A program made the position numbers and the translations under genes. Below are positions 15,759-24,561 of a stretch of 64,000 nucleotides of DNA, piece by piece. How positions within the stretch are numbered: position 1 is the first letter of the stretch; every line of letters begins with the position of its first letter. A model generated the notes under the pieces. It ran no database searches. It saw only the letters and a list, made by a program, of their open reading frames with translations, and had not been told where the DNA came from. The stretch is from the IMG/VR virus record IMGVR_UViG_3300025417_000001; one strand, 5' to 3'. This stretch comes from an uncultured virus (IMG/VR IMGVR_UViG_3300025417_000001). Taxonomy: Duplodnaviria; Heunggongvirae; Uroviricota; Caudoviricetes.

Positions 15759-16689
15759 GTTTCTTGTTAATTAAGGCGCGTCTGATAAGTGTGCTAGCGT
15801 CTGGAAGTTCCATTCCATAAGTCTGTTCTTCAAATGACTTACGGCTCTTAGTAGAAATGTCTTTCAATTTCTTAAGGGCCTGAATAGTACCAGCTTGCTT
15901 ACCTGCTTGCCAACGGTAGTTAGCCACATCTTGGTAACCCATACCCGCTGAACTAAACGCATAACTGCGGCCTTTGTGAATCTGTTCAAATAGAGCAGCG
16001 CCTTGGTCTACCGCTAGTTTCAATGCGGCTTCTGCATTTCTCCGTGCGTTGTCTGTTGTAGATTGGCTAATCTTATTTAACGCATCTGAATAGCGCGCTA
16101 GAATCTCTGTGGTCATTGAGGTGTCTTTTGCTACCTGTTGTTCCCATGCGCGGTTACGAGGTGGGGCTTTGGTTTCTGGCTGTACTGTCCACTCGTCATT
16201 GGTTAATGAATACGCGGCGTATGGTTTAATTGAAAGTATGTCTGACTTAACATTTACATAGAAGGTCAGCTCGTAAACATCCATGAAGCTCTTGGTTAGC
16301 GGGTGCAAGTCGTTGCGAAAATCTTCATTAAACATATCTGCTATTTGTTTATCGCTGAGTGCTTTATATTCTGGATTAGATTGTCTAAACAATAGATAAT
16401 TAACGCCTATCAAGCAGTCTAAATCAGCTGGGGTTCTTGCAGCTGTCCACTGATATGAAACCGCTGAACCCGCGAACCATACATGGATGTAATTCTCTGG
16501 GCTGTAGTAGTGGGTGCGTAGGTGTTCTGTAAGGATGCGTAGAACTGATGAACGGACTGCTGGAATCAGCTTGCCGTTTCTAAATAGTCTTGGGTCTAAG
16601 CCCGCTCCTGGCGCGCTGAAGTATGATGTTTCTGAAGGCTCTACAGTTACAGGTGTTGCTTGTGCAACTAACGCTGAGCAGAAATCCAT
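15751..16689 (-). CDS. Pol-beta superfamily nucleotidyltransferase
   Basis: FAGS...DLD motif; leaderless TATACT-N6-ATG start. Confidence 0.75.
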   Translation of the reverse strand: MDFCSALVAQATPVTVEPSETSYFSAPGAGLDPRLFRNGKLIPAVRSSVLRILTEHLRTHYYSPENYIHVWFAGSAVSYQWTAARTPADLDCLIGVNYLLFRQSNPEYKALSDKQIADMFNEDFRNDLHPLTKSFMDVYELTFYVNVKSDILSIKPYAAYSLTNDEWTVQPETKAPPRNRAWEQQVAKDTSMTTEILARYSDALNKISQSTTDNARRNAEAALKLAVDQGAALFEQIHKGRSYAFSSAGMGYQDVANYRWQAGKQAGTIQALKKLKDISTKSRKSFEEQTYGMELPDASTLIRRALINKKHV

Positions 16690-16704
16690 GTGACTAGTAT
16701 ACGA

Positions 16705-16938
16705 CTAGTCTTCGTCTTCTTCTTCTTCTACCTCTTCAAGGTCAGGTACTAATTTGAACCATGATGGATGAGCGCCAGGTTCAGTAATTAATGTGATGCA
16801 AACATCTGAAGGGAATCCTGCTTTGCGCAATGCTTTATATAATTCGTGTAGTTGGATGGCATGAACTTCTAAAGGAGTCAAGTCCTCATCGCGAACTGTA
16901 ACAACCTTCTTAGAAGGTCTTTTACGGGAAGTTGCCAT
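16705..16938 (-). CDS. hypothetical protein, acidic tail
   Basis: ORF track; LHELYKALRKAGF. Confidence 0.7.
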   Translation of the reverse strand: MATSRKRPSKKVVTVRDEDLTPLEVHAIQLHELYKALRKAGFPSDVCITLITEPGAHPSWFKLVPDLEEVEEEEDED

Positions 16939-17010
16939 TTCTACCCCTTAGGTTTGTATTTACAGTATACCCCTGATTTACAGCCCTGGAAAGGGTCAAA
17001 TTAGTCAGGT

Positions 17011-17562
17011 TTAGTCGTACAGACCACGTTCTTTATAGGCTTTTTGCTGGTTATACATCTTGACAGGGCAGAAATCGCATAAAAACACTCTAATGTTAGC
17101 TTTGCCTAGACCCTCAGCTCTACGCTCTTGGTCGGTGCCTGCGTTTAATAGCTTTCTCTCAGCCTTGTAATCTGAACACTGACCCTTAGGTTGATTGTGA
17201 ATCTTCCAACAAGACATCGCATCCGCTGAGTATGTATCTTTAAGGTCATAGAATCCTGTACCAAATACATCTAGTCCAGAGGCCATATTTTTACCGCCAG
17301 TAAAGGTATCTTTAATCTGCGCGACAATAGACTCTTTAATCTTAGGTGTCATCCAATATACAAAGTTTATGTCGGTCAGCATGCCCATATGACCTTGGCG
17401 CTCGCAATCACCAATTGCTGGTGCGAGGAAAGGGTTATCGGTTTGGTCGTAGCGGCCTTCACCCAAATACTTACCTGATTTAACATAAGGAATCTCTTGA
17501 ATTGTCTTACATGTCTTACAGACAAGCAGAAGGATATATTCGTTTTCTAAAGTGTCAGCCAT
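17011..17562 (-). CDS. Cys-rich hypothetical protein
   Basis: CKTC and CDFC pairs; leaderless start. Confidence 0.75.
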   Translation of the reverse strand: MADTLENEYILLLVCKTCKTIQEIPYVKSGKYLGEGRYDQTDNPFLAPAIGDCERQGHMGMLTDINFVYWMTPKIKESIVAQIKDTFTGGKNMASGLDVFGTGFYDLKDTYSADAMSCWKIHNQPKGQCSDYKAERKLLNAGTDQERRAEGLGKANIRVFLCDFCPVKMYNQQKAYKERGLYD

Positions 17563-17584
17563 GGCGTAATACTAGCACATGGGT

Positions 17585-17866
17585 TTACTTCTTTTTGCTA
17601 GCCGCCTTTTTTGGGGCTGTTTTCTTAACGGTAGGCTTATCCGCATCTTTCTTTGCAGGCTCTGGGGCTGGCTTAAGCTTGCGTGGAGTTGTAATCTTTT
17701 TGGCTACTGCTCGGCGTGAGACATTCTCATCGTTATTTTTTGCAGGGGCACTCTTTTTGGTTGATGAGAAGTATCCGCCCTCATGGATTTTGAAATCACC
17801 AGACTTGATGTTGGCTACGTGCTCTGGGTTAGCCTTATCAAACTTGATTAGTTTAGGCTCGCTCAT
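17585..17866 (-). CDS. Lys/Ala-rich basic protein
   Basis: Histone-H1-like KKA/PKK C-terminus. Confidence 0.7.
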   Translation of the reverse strand: MSEPKLIKFDKANPEHVANIKSGDFKIHEGGYFSSTKKSAPAKNNDENVSRRAVAKKITTPRKLKPAPEPAKKDADKPTVKKTAPKKAASKKK

Positions 17867-18171
17867 TTTGATGTATCAATCTTGACTACATTACGGGCAG
17901 CAGGCTTGCTGGCTTCCCAATCCTTCATGCCTTGTTGGTTGTACTTGGCAATACTTCCAGATTTAAAACCTTGAGTTGCATCAGAACTTAACTTGTTAAA
18001 TGCTTCTTTGTTCATTCCACCTTTTACAAGGGTAACTCCAGAAGATATATCAGTTCTGTCAGGAGCAGTGTTTCCAGCCATTCTTACAATATCTGAAGGA
18101 ATTTCACGTGGACCGCGACCAAGGTCGTTTCCAACAAGGCTTCTAGGTACTGCTTCTTCTGATGGAATCAT
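17863..18171 (-). CDS. hypothetical protein
   Basis: Coupled ORF in operon. Confidence 0.7.
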   Translation of the reverse strand: MIPSEEAVPRSLVGNDLGRGPREIPSDIVRMAGNTAPDRTDISSGVTLVKGGMNKEAFNKLSSDATQGFKSGSIAKYNQQGMKDWEASKPAARNVVKIDTSK

Positions 18172-18440
18172 TTAGGCATCGTTTCTTTGTATAGTTTCTC
18201 ATCTAGCGCGTGGTCATCATAATCTGTATTAGATTCTGTTGTTGTCCACTTGCGATGGTACTTCTCAGGGGTTACATTAACGTGTGTCTCTGGAACGCGG
18301 CGTTGAAATTCTCCGCCCTTCCATAATCTATCTACACCTGCAGGGTCTGAGGCTGATGCGCGTCCAAGTGCGCCCATAATCTGTTGGTGTGAGCCTACAG
18401 AACGGCGTACATCTTTTGCGCGGTCAGGAACAGTAGACAT
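18168..18440 (-). CDS. hypothetical protein
   Basis: N-terminus PDRAKDVRRSVG shared with neighbour. Confidence 0.7.
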   Translation of the reverse strand: MSTVPDRAKDVRRSVGSHQQIMGALGRASASDPAGVDRLWKGGEFQRRVPETHVNVTPEKYHRKWTTTESNTDYDDHALDEKLYKETMPK

Positions 18441-18631
18441 TAGTTAAACTTCACACTCTTAGGCTTATCTTGAAAGCCTTTAACAATTTTATTAGATATA
18501 TGTTGACCAACGTCTTTTTTAGTAGAACCTGGTTCTACATCAAATTCGTAGTCTGAGTGTGTTCCTGTAACACTAACGTGTTGTGCAGGTCCTACAACTC
18601 TTTTAGGGTCGTGAGCACGGTCTTTAGCCAT
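18440..18631 (-). CDS. hypothetical protein
   Basis: N-terminus KDRAHDPKRVVG. Confidence 0.7.
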   Translation of the reverse strand: MAKDRAHDPKRVVGPAQHVSVTGTHSDYEFDVEPGSTKKDVGQHISNKIVKGFQDKPKSVKFN

Positions 18632-18840
18632 TAGTTACCTGCTGGGTTAACCTTGTTGGTTTCTTCTGAGTTGATGAAACCATAATTCATATATGGATGT
18701 AGTCCAGCGCGTTCTTGAACAACAACCTGGTCACCCATTCCTGGGGCTACAGTTGTGTTTGGACGGCGCTTACGGTACTTGCCATCTGTTGCACCCTCTG
18801 CGAGTGCCGCGTTCTCTGACATAGCTTTGCGAACGGTCAT
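18631..18840 (-). CDS. hypothetical protein
   Basis: Coupled ORF. Confidence 0.7.
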   Translation of the reverse strand: MTVRKAMSENAALAEGATDGKYRKRRPNTTVAPGMGDQVVVQERAGLHPYMNYGFINSEETNKVNPAGN

Positions 18841-19070
18841 GCCATTCGTCCTTTCACTAGTGAGTACTTCTTACGGCGTTGGCAAGAAGGACACAGGTCT
18901 TGATTCATCAATGATTGTACAGGTCCTATAGCCATACCACAGGCTTTGCAGGACTTGTCGCCGTTATACATGGTTCTAGCTAGTTGTTTTTGGGTTTCAA
19001 GGCTAACATCTTCCGCGCCAGCCATGCCCTCGCCAGTGCTATCGGTATATAAACCTGGGTCTCTACTCAT
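18837..19070 (-). CDS. small Zn-ribbon protein
   Basis: CKAC...CPSC. Confidence 0.7.
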   Translation of the reverse strand: MSRDPGLYTDSTGEGMAGAEDVSLETQKQLARTMYNGDKSCKACGMAIGPVQSLMNQDLCPSCQRRKKYSLVKGRMA

Positions 19071-19234
19071 CGTTTAGTTTCCCGTTCTTCTGGGGTTAGC
19101 AGACTAGTGTAGACAGGAGCATTTGGGCCATCACCTTTTTGGATTATTTCGTGAACTTTTCCAGTTTTTGGATTAACTGAATAATCCATAACATGCTCTC
19201 TGGCTTCATCAAAATCTTTGTTATTACGTGGCAT
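19067..19234 (-). CDS. small hypothetical protein (55 aa)
   Basis: Manually translated MPRNNKDFDEAREH...; overlaps both neighbours. Confidence 0.6.
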   Translation of the reverse strand: MPRNNKDFDEAREHVMDYSVNPKTGKVHEIIQKGDGPNAPVYTSLLTPEERETKR

Positions 19235-19605
19235 TAAATTGTGCCCCCTAACGAGTTAGTGCTAGATGATTCTTGTGTATTAGGTGTTTGACTGAAATCG
19301 GACTCAACACGTTGGGTAGTTGCTACTCGGCGTGGCAAATTGATTAGGTCTTCAATGCCTATTTCTGTATCAGTATACCCGAACCGCGCTGGAAATAACT
19401 GTATCTGTGGCAGTGGGGGACGAACATACTCTTGAATTTCCGCGCCTGACATATTCCATGCGGCTAGGGATTGGCTCATTAGACGTTCTTGATTAGATTG
19501 AAAAGGTCCTATGTATTCTTGTGGAGGCATCGCTGCCTCTGCTGGTGCTGTCCAAGGGCGGCGGTTGTACACGCCATCTGCAAACTTTCCTGCGCCTTCT
19601 GCCAT
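19234..19605 (-). CDS. hypothetical protein
   Basis: ORF track. Confidence 0.7.
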   Translation of the reverse strand: MAEGAGKFADGVYNRRPWTAPAEAAMPPQEYIGPFQSNQERLMSQSLAAWNMSGAEIQEYVRPPLPQIQLFPARFGYTDTEIGIEDLINLPRRVATTQRVESDFSQTPNTQESSSTNSLGGTI

Positions 19606-19606
19606 A

Positions 19607-20146
19607 TTACTTCCAAGCTGGACGCATACGAGCCATTTGGTCTACGCGCCTCTTGTCTAGGGATAGTGGTGCTTCACTACGCATATTAGCTTTGCCATCG
19701 TTAGGCAAGTGTGGTGCAGGTGCAGCCATTGCGTCTTCTACGTTGCGCTTGCTGCGATAAACATTGCCGTCTTTAACGGCTTTCATCTGACGGGCAATAC
19801 CACGCATTGGGTCTAGTCCTTCAGGATAATAATAATCTTGAACATCAATACGTTCCCCGCGGTGAACACCACGTTGATATGTGCGTTGTCCTACGCGAAC
19901 CTTTAACGCGTTTAGAACTGTATCTGATGTGCTTGAAGCTCTACCACGGTCATCGCGGCGTGTACGAATTGTTCCTAAATAACCGTCAGGATATTCTGCC
20001 TGTGGAGCACGACCAACACCAAGACGTAGGAAATCTAATTCACTACGAGCAACGGGAACACCACCACCGCCATAGACAGTGTTGGTTCCATACATACCAC
20101 CAGCGCCCAGGTTCTGGACGTTTTGATGTGGTGATGGGTTAGCCAT
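19607..20146 (-). CDS. hypothetical protein
   Basis: ORF track; leaderless TATCCT-N6-ATG. Confidence 0.75.
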   Translation of the reverse strand: MANPSPHQNVQNLGAGGMYGTNTVYGGGGVPVARSELDFLRLGVGRAPQAEYPDGYLGTIRTRRDDRGRASSTSDTVLNALKVRVGQRTYQRGVHRGERIDVQDYYYPEGLDPMRGIARQMKAVKDGNVYRSKRNVEDAMAAPAPHLPNDGKANMRSEAPLSLDKRRVDQMARMRPAWK

Positions 20147-20169
20147 ACTCCAAGGATACGCCTAATTAA

Positions 20170-21189
20170 TTATAGATTAGCGTTGAACTCTTGACCTTCA
20201 AAGAAAGCCCAGCCATCCATGATGTGAATAGGTTGCAAAGTAAAATGACCATCTTCGCGAATCCATCCAACCATGATGCCTTGTTGCCAATCTTCCCAAT
20301 GCTTTACAGGGCGACCGTTTTCGTTTAACCCTGAACCATATGAAGGGACAGCACCATCTACTCGGCATAGGCAACCAGGGCTGGCTGACACACTGCGGAT
20401 AGGGCCGTCTTGATCTGCAACAGTTTTGTACTGAACTTCTTGTCGGTGGGCATGGCCAAATACTGTTGAAATATGCGGGTTTTTATTAACGTATGAGCTG
20501 GCAGTTGAACCATTGCTGCGGACGGTTGTTCCATGTACCGCTTTTAGGTTCTTAGTTAACCAATACTCGCTCGCTGGATAGGCGCCTATGTAATCTACTT
20601 TAAGGTCATCTAGTCTGAGTAGGTAAGGTACCGACATCACAGGCCAGTCTAGTTCTGTTGCATTCGCGCGCTTAATACCTTTACTTGCCATGGCGTTCGC
20701 TACCACATAACGATTCATACGGCAGTCATGGTTACCTTCCAACAAAACAATTTTAGCATCGGGACACGTTGCTCTTTGTTTTGCAAGAAGGTTATGACCA
20801 TAGTTCAACGCTGGTTGAACAGTGTGGGCGAACATCTCTTCTTGAGCATACTTACCCATAGTAGGAAGGTCTAGGTAATCACCTAAATGAATAATCTCGT
20901 CAACGCCATACTTCTCTTGCATATAGGCAAGAATCTGAAAATGAACTTCTATTGCCGCTTCGTCGTGAAACGGATCAAGGGTTCCGTCTTCATACTTACG
21001 GTATCCAATTTGAGGATCAGGAACAAAAACAACTAACCGCATATTGCTCTTACCTACACGTTTGCTTGCGTCATAGGTTGCAGGGTTAATCACTGTCGGT
21101 TCTGCTGGTTGAATTGGTGGCCATGACCAGTCATTAACTTCTTCGGTGTTAATGGCTTTGTTTAGTACGTCTAATATGTCTAACGACAT
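20170..21189 (-). CDS. calcineurin-like metallophosphoesterase
   Basis: DPQ, GDYLD, GNHD, HG, GHAH motifs. Confidence 0.9.
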   Translation of the reverse strand: MSLDILDVLNKAINTEEVNDWSWPPIQPAEPTVINPATYDASKRVGKSNMRLVVFVPDPQIGYRKYEDGTLDPFHDEAAIEVHFQILAYMQEKYGVDEIIHLGDYLDLPTMGKYAQEEMFAHTVQPALNYGHNLLAKQRATCPDAKIVLLEGNHDCRMNRYVVANAMASKGIKRANATELDWPVMSVPYLLRLDDLKVDYIGAYPASEYWLTKNLKAVHGTTVRSNGSTASSYVNKNPHISTVFGHAHRQEVQYKTVADQDGPIRSVSASPGCLCRVDGAVPSYGSGLNENGRPVKHWEDWQQGIMVGWIREDGHFTLQPIHIMDGWAFFEGQEFNANL

Positions 21190-21431
21190 GTGCAGTAACC
21201 TCTCATATGTGAACGAAATGCTGTTAATTTAAAAGGAAGGTCTATCTCTTTACTAAGGTCTGTAAATAAATGTGCGTTCTTTACTTTGTTATTGTTTTCT
21301 TTAATTAATGCAAATGCTTTTTGCTCATCTTCGCTAAGGGTCTCAACCCATTGCGCTACTACGCATGTGGTGTTGTCTGTAGCTAAATGCTTGGCTAATA
21401 CTTCTAGCATGACTCTCCTCGTTTTCATCAC
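21180..21431 (-). CDS. hypothetical protein
   Basis: C...HMRGYCTC possible Zn site. Confidence 0.65.
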   Translation of the reverse strand: MMKTRRVMLEVLAKHLATDNTTCVVAQWVETLSEDEQKAFALIKENNNKVKNAHLFTDLSKEIDLPFKLTAFRSHMRGYCTCR

Positions 21432-21470
21432 GATACAACGAGGTTAGACTATCACATATAAAAGGTAAAT

Positions 21471-21504
21471 AAAAAAGAAAGCCCCCGCAGAGTATGCGGG
21501 GGCT
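21471..21504 (-). terminator. intrinsic terminator
   Basis: agcccccgca/tgcgggggct stem with T tract on - strand. Confidence 0.8.
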
Positions 21505-21520
21505 GCCAGCTTAACTGGGC

Positions 21521-21847
21521 TTAGTTGTGGTCAGACATTCCTGCGTTAAAGCTAGGAGCTTGGGCTTTCATAGCTGATGGAAGAATACGTCCATTGGCTT
21601 GAGTAGCACCAGCTTCTGGAGCTTCTGTCTTTTGGAACTTAACGCGAACACCATAACGAGCACCGCTTGTAGCAGTTGTGAACTTACGTGATGGCTTAGC
21701 CATCTTTGTTGGGTCACCTGCAGCTGTGTTCTTCTTCTTAACAAGTGTACCCTTTTCTACAGGAGCAACAGTATGCTTTGCAGCGTTGCCTGGAGCCGTA
21801 GAAGTAGGCGCGATTGGCGCTGGGTTCTTCTTTGAATCTGTCTTCAT
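21521..21847 (-). CDS. basic low-complexity protein
   Basis: ORF track; RBS aaagga. Confidence 0.7.
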   Translation of the reverse strand: MKTDSKKNPAPIAPTSTAPGNAAKHTVAPVEKGTLVKKKNTAAGDPTKMAKPSRKFTTATSGARYGVRVKFQKTEAPEAGATQANGRILPSAMKAQAPSFNAGMSDHN

Positions 21848-21907
21848 TTAGTTTCCTTTGCAAAGGGGTTTAAATAACTGTACGGTATTTATTATTTAAA
21901 TACAGTA

Positions 21908-22192
21908 TTAAATAGTTATAACAGTAAGAACCATAGCTGAGATGTCTCCATCGTGGCTCTTGATAGTGGTGAACCCAGGCACGTAGGCAATATCAATACC
22001 TCTAGGCGCGGTGTAACCACGCGCAATAGCTAATGCCTTTGTAGCTTGGTTAACTGCTCCAGCTCCTACAGCACGGACCTTACAGGTGCGTGTCTCGTAG
22101 ATTGCGTGAGCGATGGCAGATGCCACAGATTGGGGGTTGGAACCTGCGGAAACTCGCAGTACGTTTTCTTCTTCTTGAACTTGCTCGGTCAT
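21908..22192 (-). CDS. spoVS: SpoVS family (Alba-like) protein
   Basis: LRVSAGSNPQSVASAIA...AVGAGAVNQATKALAIARG signature. Confidence 0.9.
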   Translation of the reverse strand: MTEQVQEEENVLRVSAGSNPQSVASAIAHAIYETRTCKVRAVGAGAVNQATKALAIARGYTAPRGIDIAYVPGFTTIKSHDGDISAMVLTVITI

Positions 22193-22259
22193 TTTTGTCC
22201 CTTGGTTTACGAATTGTGGTACCCCGTGGGATAAATTATGAGGGTTTATCTAATAATAA

Positions 22260-22751
22260 TCAGGTTAAATACTTAATCATCTTCTTCAGTATAGTATGGC
22301 TATCCTCTACTAATCCTAAAACCATATTGCAACGCTGACACAGAAGTCCTCTGATGCACTTTCCGCAGGTTACTTGACCTGAGCAACAGTTGTGGTCATG
22401 GTCTACAGCAAATTGTTTCTTTGAATTCTTTTCTAAAACCCCACAAATATTGCATTTTCCATGCTGTTTTACTAAGAGTGTTGCATAATCTTCTAAGGTA
22501 AGACCTTTATTTTTTAAATTGCGTTTTCTGCTTTTTAATGGGCTGTTTATCTTATGCCAATGGCGCCTACAGGCTCCTGTAGGGCCTCCTAGGTCTGAGC
22601 ACCCTTCTACAATACAAGGCTTTCTTAAATCATTTACGCGCTGTGCAGGGCCTAAATCCCCTTTAGTTCTCAACCTCGTATAGTGCATTAAACAATAACC
22701 TGAGACTATACGCTTAGATGTACTTGTGCACCCTTTTACTTTACATGTCAT
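22260..22751 (-). CDS. endonuclease VII-family nuclease
   Basis: CNIC...AVDHDH...IRGLLCQRCN; start placed 7 nt after TATAAT. Confidence 0.85.
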   Translation of the reverse strand: MTCKVKGCTSTSKRIVSGYCLMHYTRLRTKGDLGPAQRVNDLRKPCIVEGCSDLGGPTGACRRHWHKINSPLKSRKRNLKNKGLTLEDYATLLVKQHGKCNICGVLEKNSKKQFAVDHDHNCCSGQVTCGKCIRGLLCQRCNMVLGLVEDSHTILKKMIKYLT

Positions 22752-22789
22752 AAATGCGATTATATCAAAACCCCGCACTTTGCGCATTA

Positions 22790-23035
22790 CTAAATAGGTT
22801 TATCCGATGGGGTTGGCGCGGTGGCATAAGTTCCGCAAGAAGCGCACTCCATATCTAAAAAGTAAGTGGTTAGTTGATAATCATCAAAACTAGCCTTTAT
22901 ATTCCATACAAATGACTCACATATAGGGCAAATATGATGGACCTCATCTGCGTGGTCCATGGTGCCTGTGTAATCAGGCTTCAGTTGACGGATAGGCTTC
23001 AAGACGAATCCTCTCCAGCGCAGCTTTCTGCTCAA
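22790..23035 (-). CDS. Zn-ribbon hypothetical protein
   Basis: CPIC...CASC. Confidence 0.65.
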   Translation of the reverse strand: MSRKLRWRGFVLKPIRQLKPDYTGTMDHADEVHHICPICESFVWNIKASFDDYQLTTYFLDMECASCGTYATAPTPSDKPI

Positions 23036-23228
23036 CCATCATGGCTTCAATCTGAGCTATTTCTTCTTCAGACATCTTATCTTTGTTGTTCTCGTAAACC
23101 TGAACACCAATCTTAAAGTTCTGTTCAAGCATGGCGTATTGAAGCTGGCGTCGCTCTTGGATAAATGCTTGTGCTTCTTCTTTACGTGCTTGTCGCTTGT
23201 CTTGTGTTTTACTCAACTTGCTCCCCAT
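22974..23228 (-). CDS. hypothetical protein
   Basis: ORF track, helical. Confidence 0.6.
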   Translation of the reverse strand: MGSKLSKTQDKRQARKEEAQAFIQERRQLQYAMLEQNFKIGVQVYENNKDKMSEEEIAQIEAMMVEQKAALERIRLEAYPSTEA

Positions 23229-23380
23229 CCTCCGCCTTTAAAATGTGCAGGTGTTGCACTGAATACTTTATTCATAAACTCTCCGCACTTTTCACAGATA
23301 GGTCTGTCGTTAGAATCAAATGACAAATAAACTTCTGTTGTAGTGTCACAGTTCATGCATACAAAATCATAGTTAGGCAC
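23213..23380 (-). CDS. FmdB-like zinc-ribbon protein
   Basis: GTG start; PNYDFVCMNC...CEKC...FKGGGW. Confidence 0.8.
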   Translation of the reverse strand: MPNYDFVCMNCDTTTEVYLSFDSNDRPICEKCGEFMNKVFSATPAHFKGGGWGAS

Positions 23381-23543
23381 TTACTAACCTCTTAGTAGCA
23401 CGAATAGCTAGCTTAGCTGGTGTGTAACCACCAACTGTGCGCCCTGTCTTCTTCTGTACCTTAGGGTTCTTCTTGAACGCCTTACCATTTGGACGATTGT
23501 CATTGCGACTTCCGCCGCCCTTACCGCCTCTACCTTTTGCCAT
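23373..23543 (-). CDS. small basic protein (56 aa)
   Basis: MAKGRGGKGGGSRNDNRPNGK...; coupled to RuvC-like stop. Confidence 0.6.
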   Translation of the reverse strand: MAKGRGGKGGGSRNDNRPNGKAFKKNPKVQKKTGRTVGGYTPAKLAIRATKRLVSA

Positions 23544-24082
23544 TATTTCTCCCTAAACTTTGGGTCCTGAAGCTTATCATAAATTTCTTTCTCATATGCA
23601 AGGGTGTGCGAAGCCGACACGAGGTGCGCTAATGCAAATGAATCTGCAGCGTTATCGTCGGTGAACTCTGCTCCCCACTTCTTATATACGTGAAGAAGCA
23701 TCTGGCTCTTAGATATACCTTGGCCTTTGCCTGTTACATACTTCTTTAAACTGGTTGGTGGGACTATCAATGGGTAGATGCCAAAGTCCAATAAGGTTAG
23801 CTTAACCATCCCGCCCAGTTCACCTAGCATGTTAGCCATCTGTGAACCAAAAGCATAGCCTTCCATAGCCACATCTGTTACGTTATCAAATTGGTGTAGC
23901 CAGTTCATAACGTGCGCTTGGATATCACGAAGTCTATCTATCCCGCGCTTGTCAGACTTATATACCTCTGTGTAGTAATTGCCATTCTGGTAAGCAGTTA
24001 TAGCAAACCCACTATAAGACTGGTCTATACCTAAATACACAGCGTTCTGAGGTATTACTAAACCGTCTTTAAATACTTTCAT
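23543..24082 (-). CDS. ruvC: RuvC-like Holliday junction resolvase
   Basis: LGIDQS, AMEGY, DDNAADS. Confidence 0.85.
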   Translation of the reverse strand: MKVFKDGLVIPQNAVYLGIDQSYSGFAITAYQNGNYYTEVYKSDKRGIDRLRDIQAHVMNWLHQFDNVTDVAMEGYAFGSQMANMLGELGGMVKLTLLDFGIYPLIVPPTSLKKYVTGKGQGISKSQMLLHVYKKWGAEFTDDNAADSFALAHLVSASHTLAYEKEIYDKLQDPKFREK

Positions 24083-24561
24083 TAATAACCGCGCGCCTTT
24101 AGAACAGATGTTCGTCTTGTTAACTCGCGGGAGGTCAATTGGTATGACCGTTCTAGGTTATCTAATGTTGTTTTCAAAAGCTTATGGTAAGCCTGAGCTT
24201 GCAATCTATTGCGAGATAGCTCCTGCATAACTGGGTCAGTCAAGACATGGGCACGGAGCATGATGGACTTCTCTGTGGTCTTGCCTGTGGTCTTACCCAG
24301 CATGGCTTGAGCTTCTGCCATGTCGTACTCGTTCTCTACCTCAAGAACAGCCAGTTCTGCTGCAGTAACTTGGGTAAGCATGAAGGAGTAGTACTGCATA
24401 TAGACGTTAGCCAATCGCATTAACTCTTGGTCATCAATAGCTGTGATGTCATCTGGTAGTGAAGGAAGGTCAATATCCAACTTACGTCGGATAGGAATAC
24501 CCTGTGCCTCTAAGGTCTGGATAACCTTCTCGCTAATACCGTTTGCTTCAATAGTAATCAT
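24082..24561 (-). CDS. helical hypothetical protein
   Basis: ORF track; SRELTRR terminus. Confidence 0.7.
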   Translation of the reverse strand: MITIEANGISEKVIQTLEAQGIPIRRKLDIDLPSLPDDITAIDDQELMRLANVYMQYYSFMLTQVTAAELAVLEVENEYDMAEAQAMLGKTTGKTTEKSIMLRAHVLTDPVMQELSRNRLQAQAYHKLLKTTLDNLERSYQLTSRELTRRTSVLKARGY

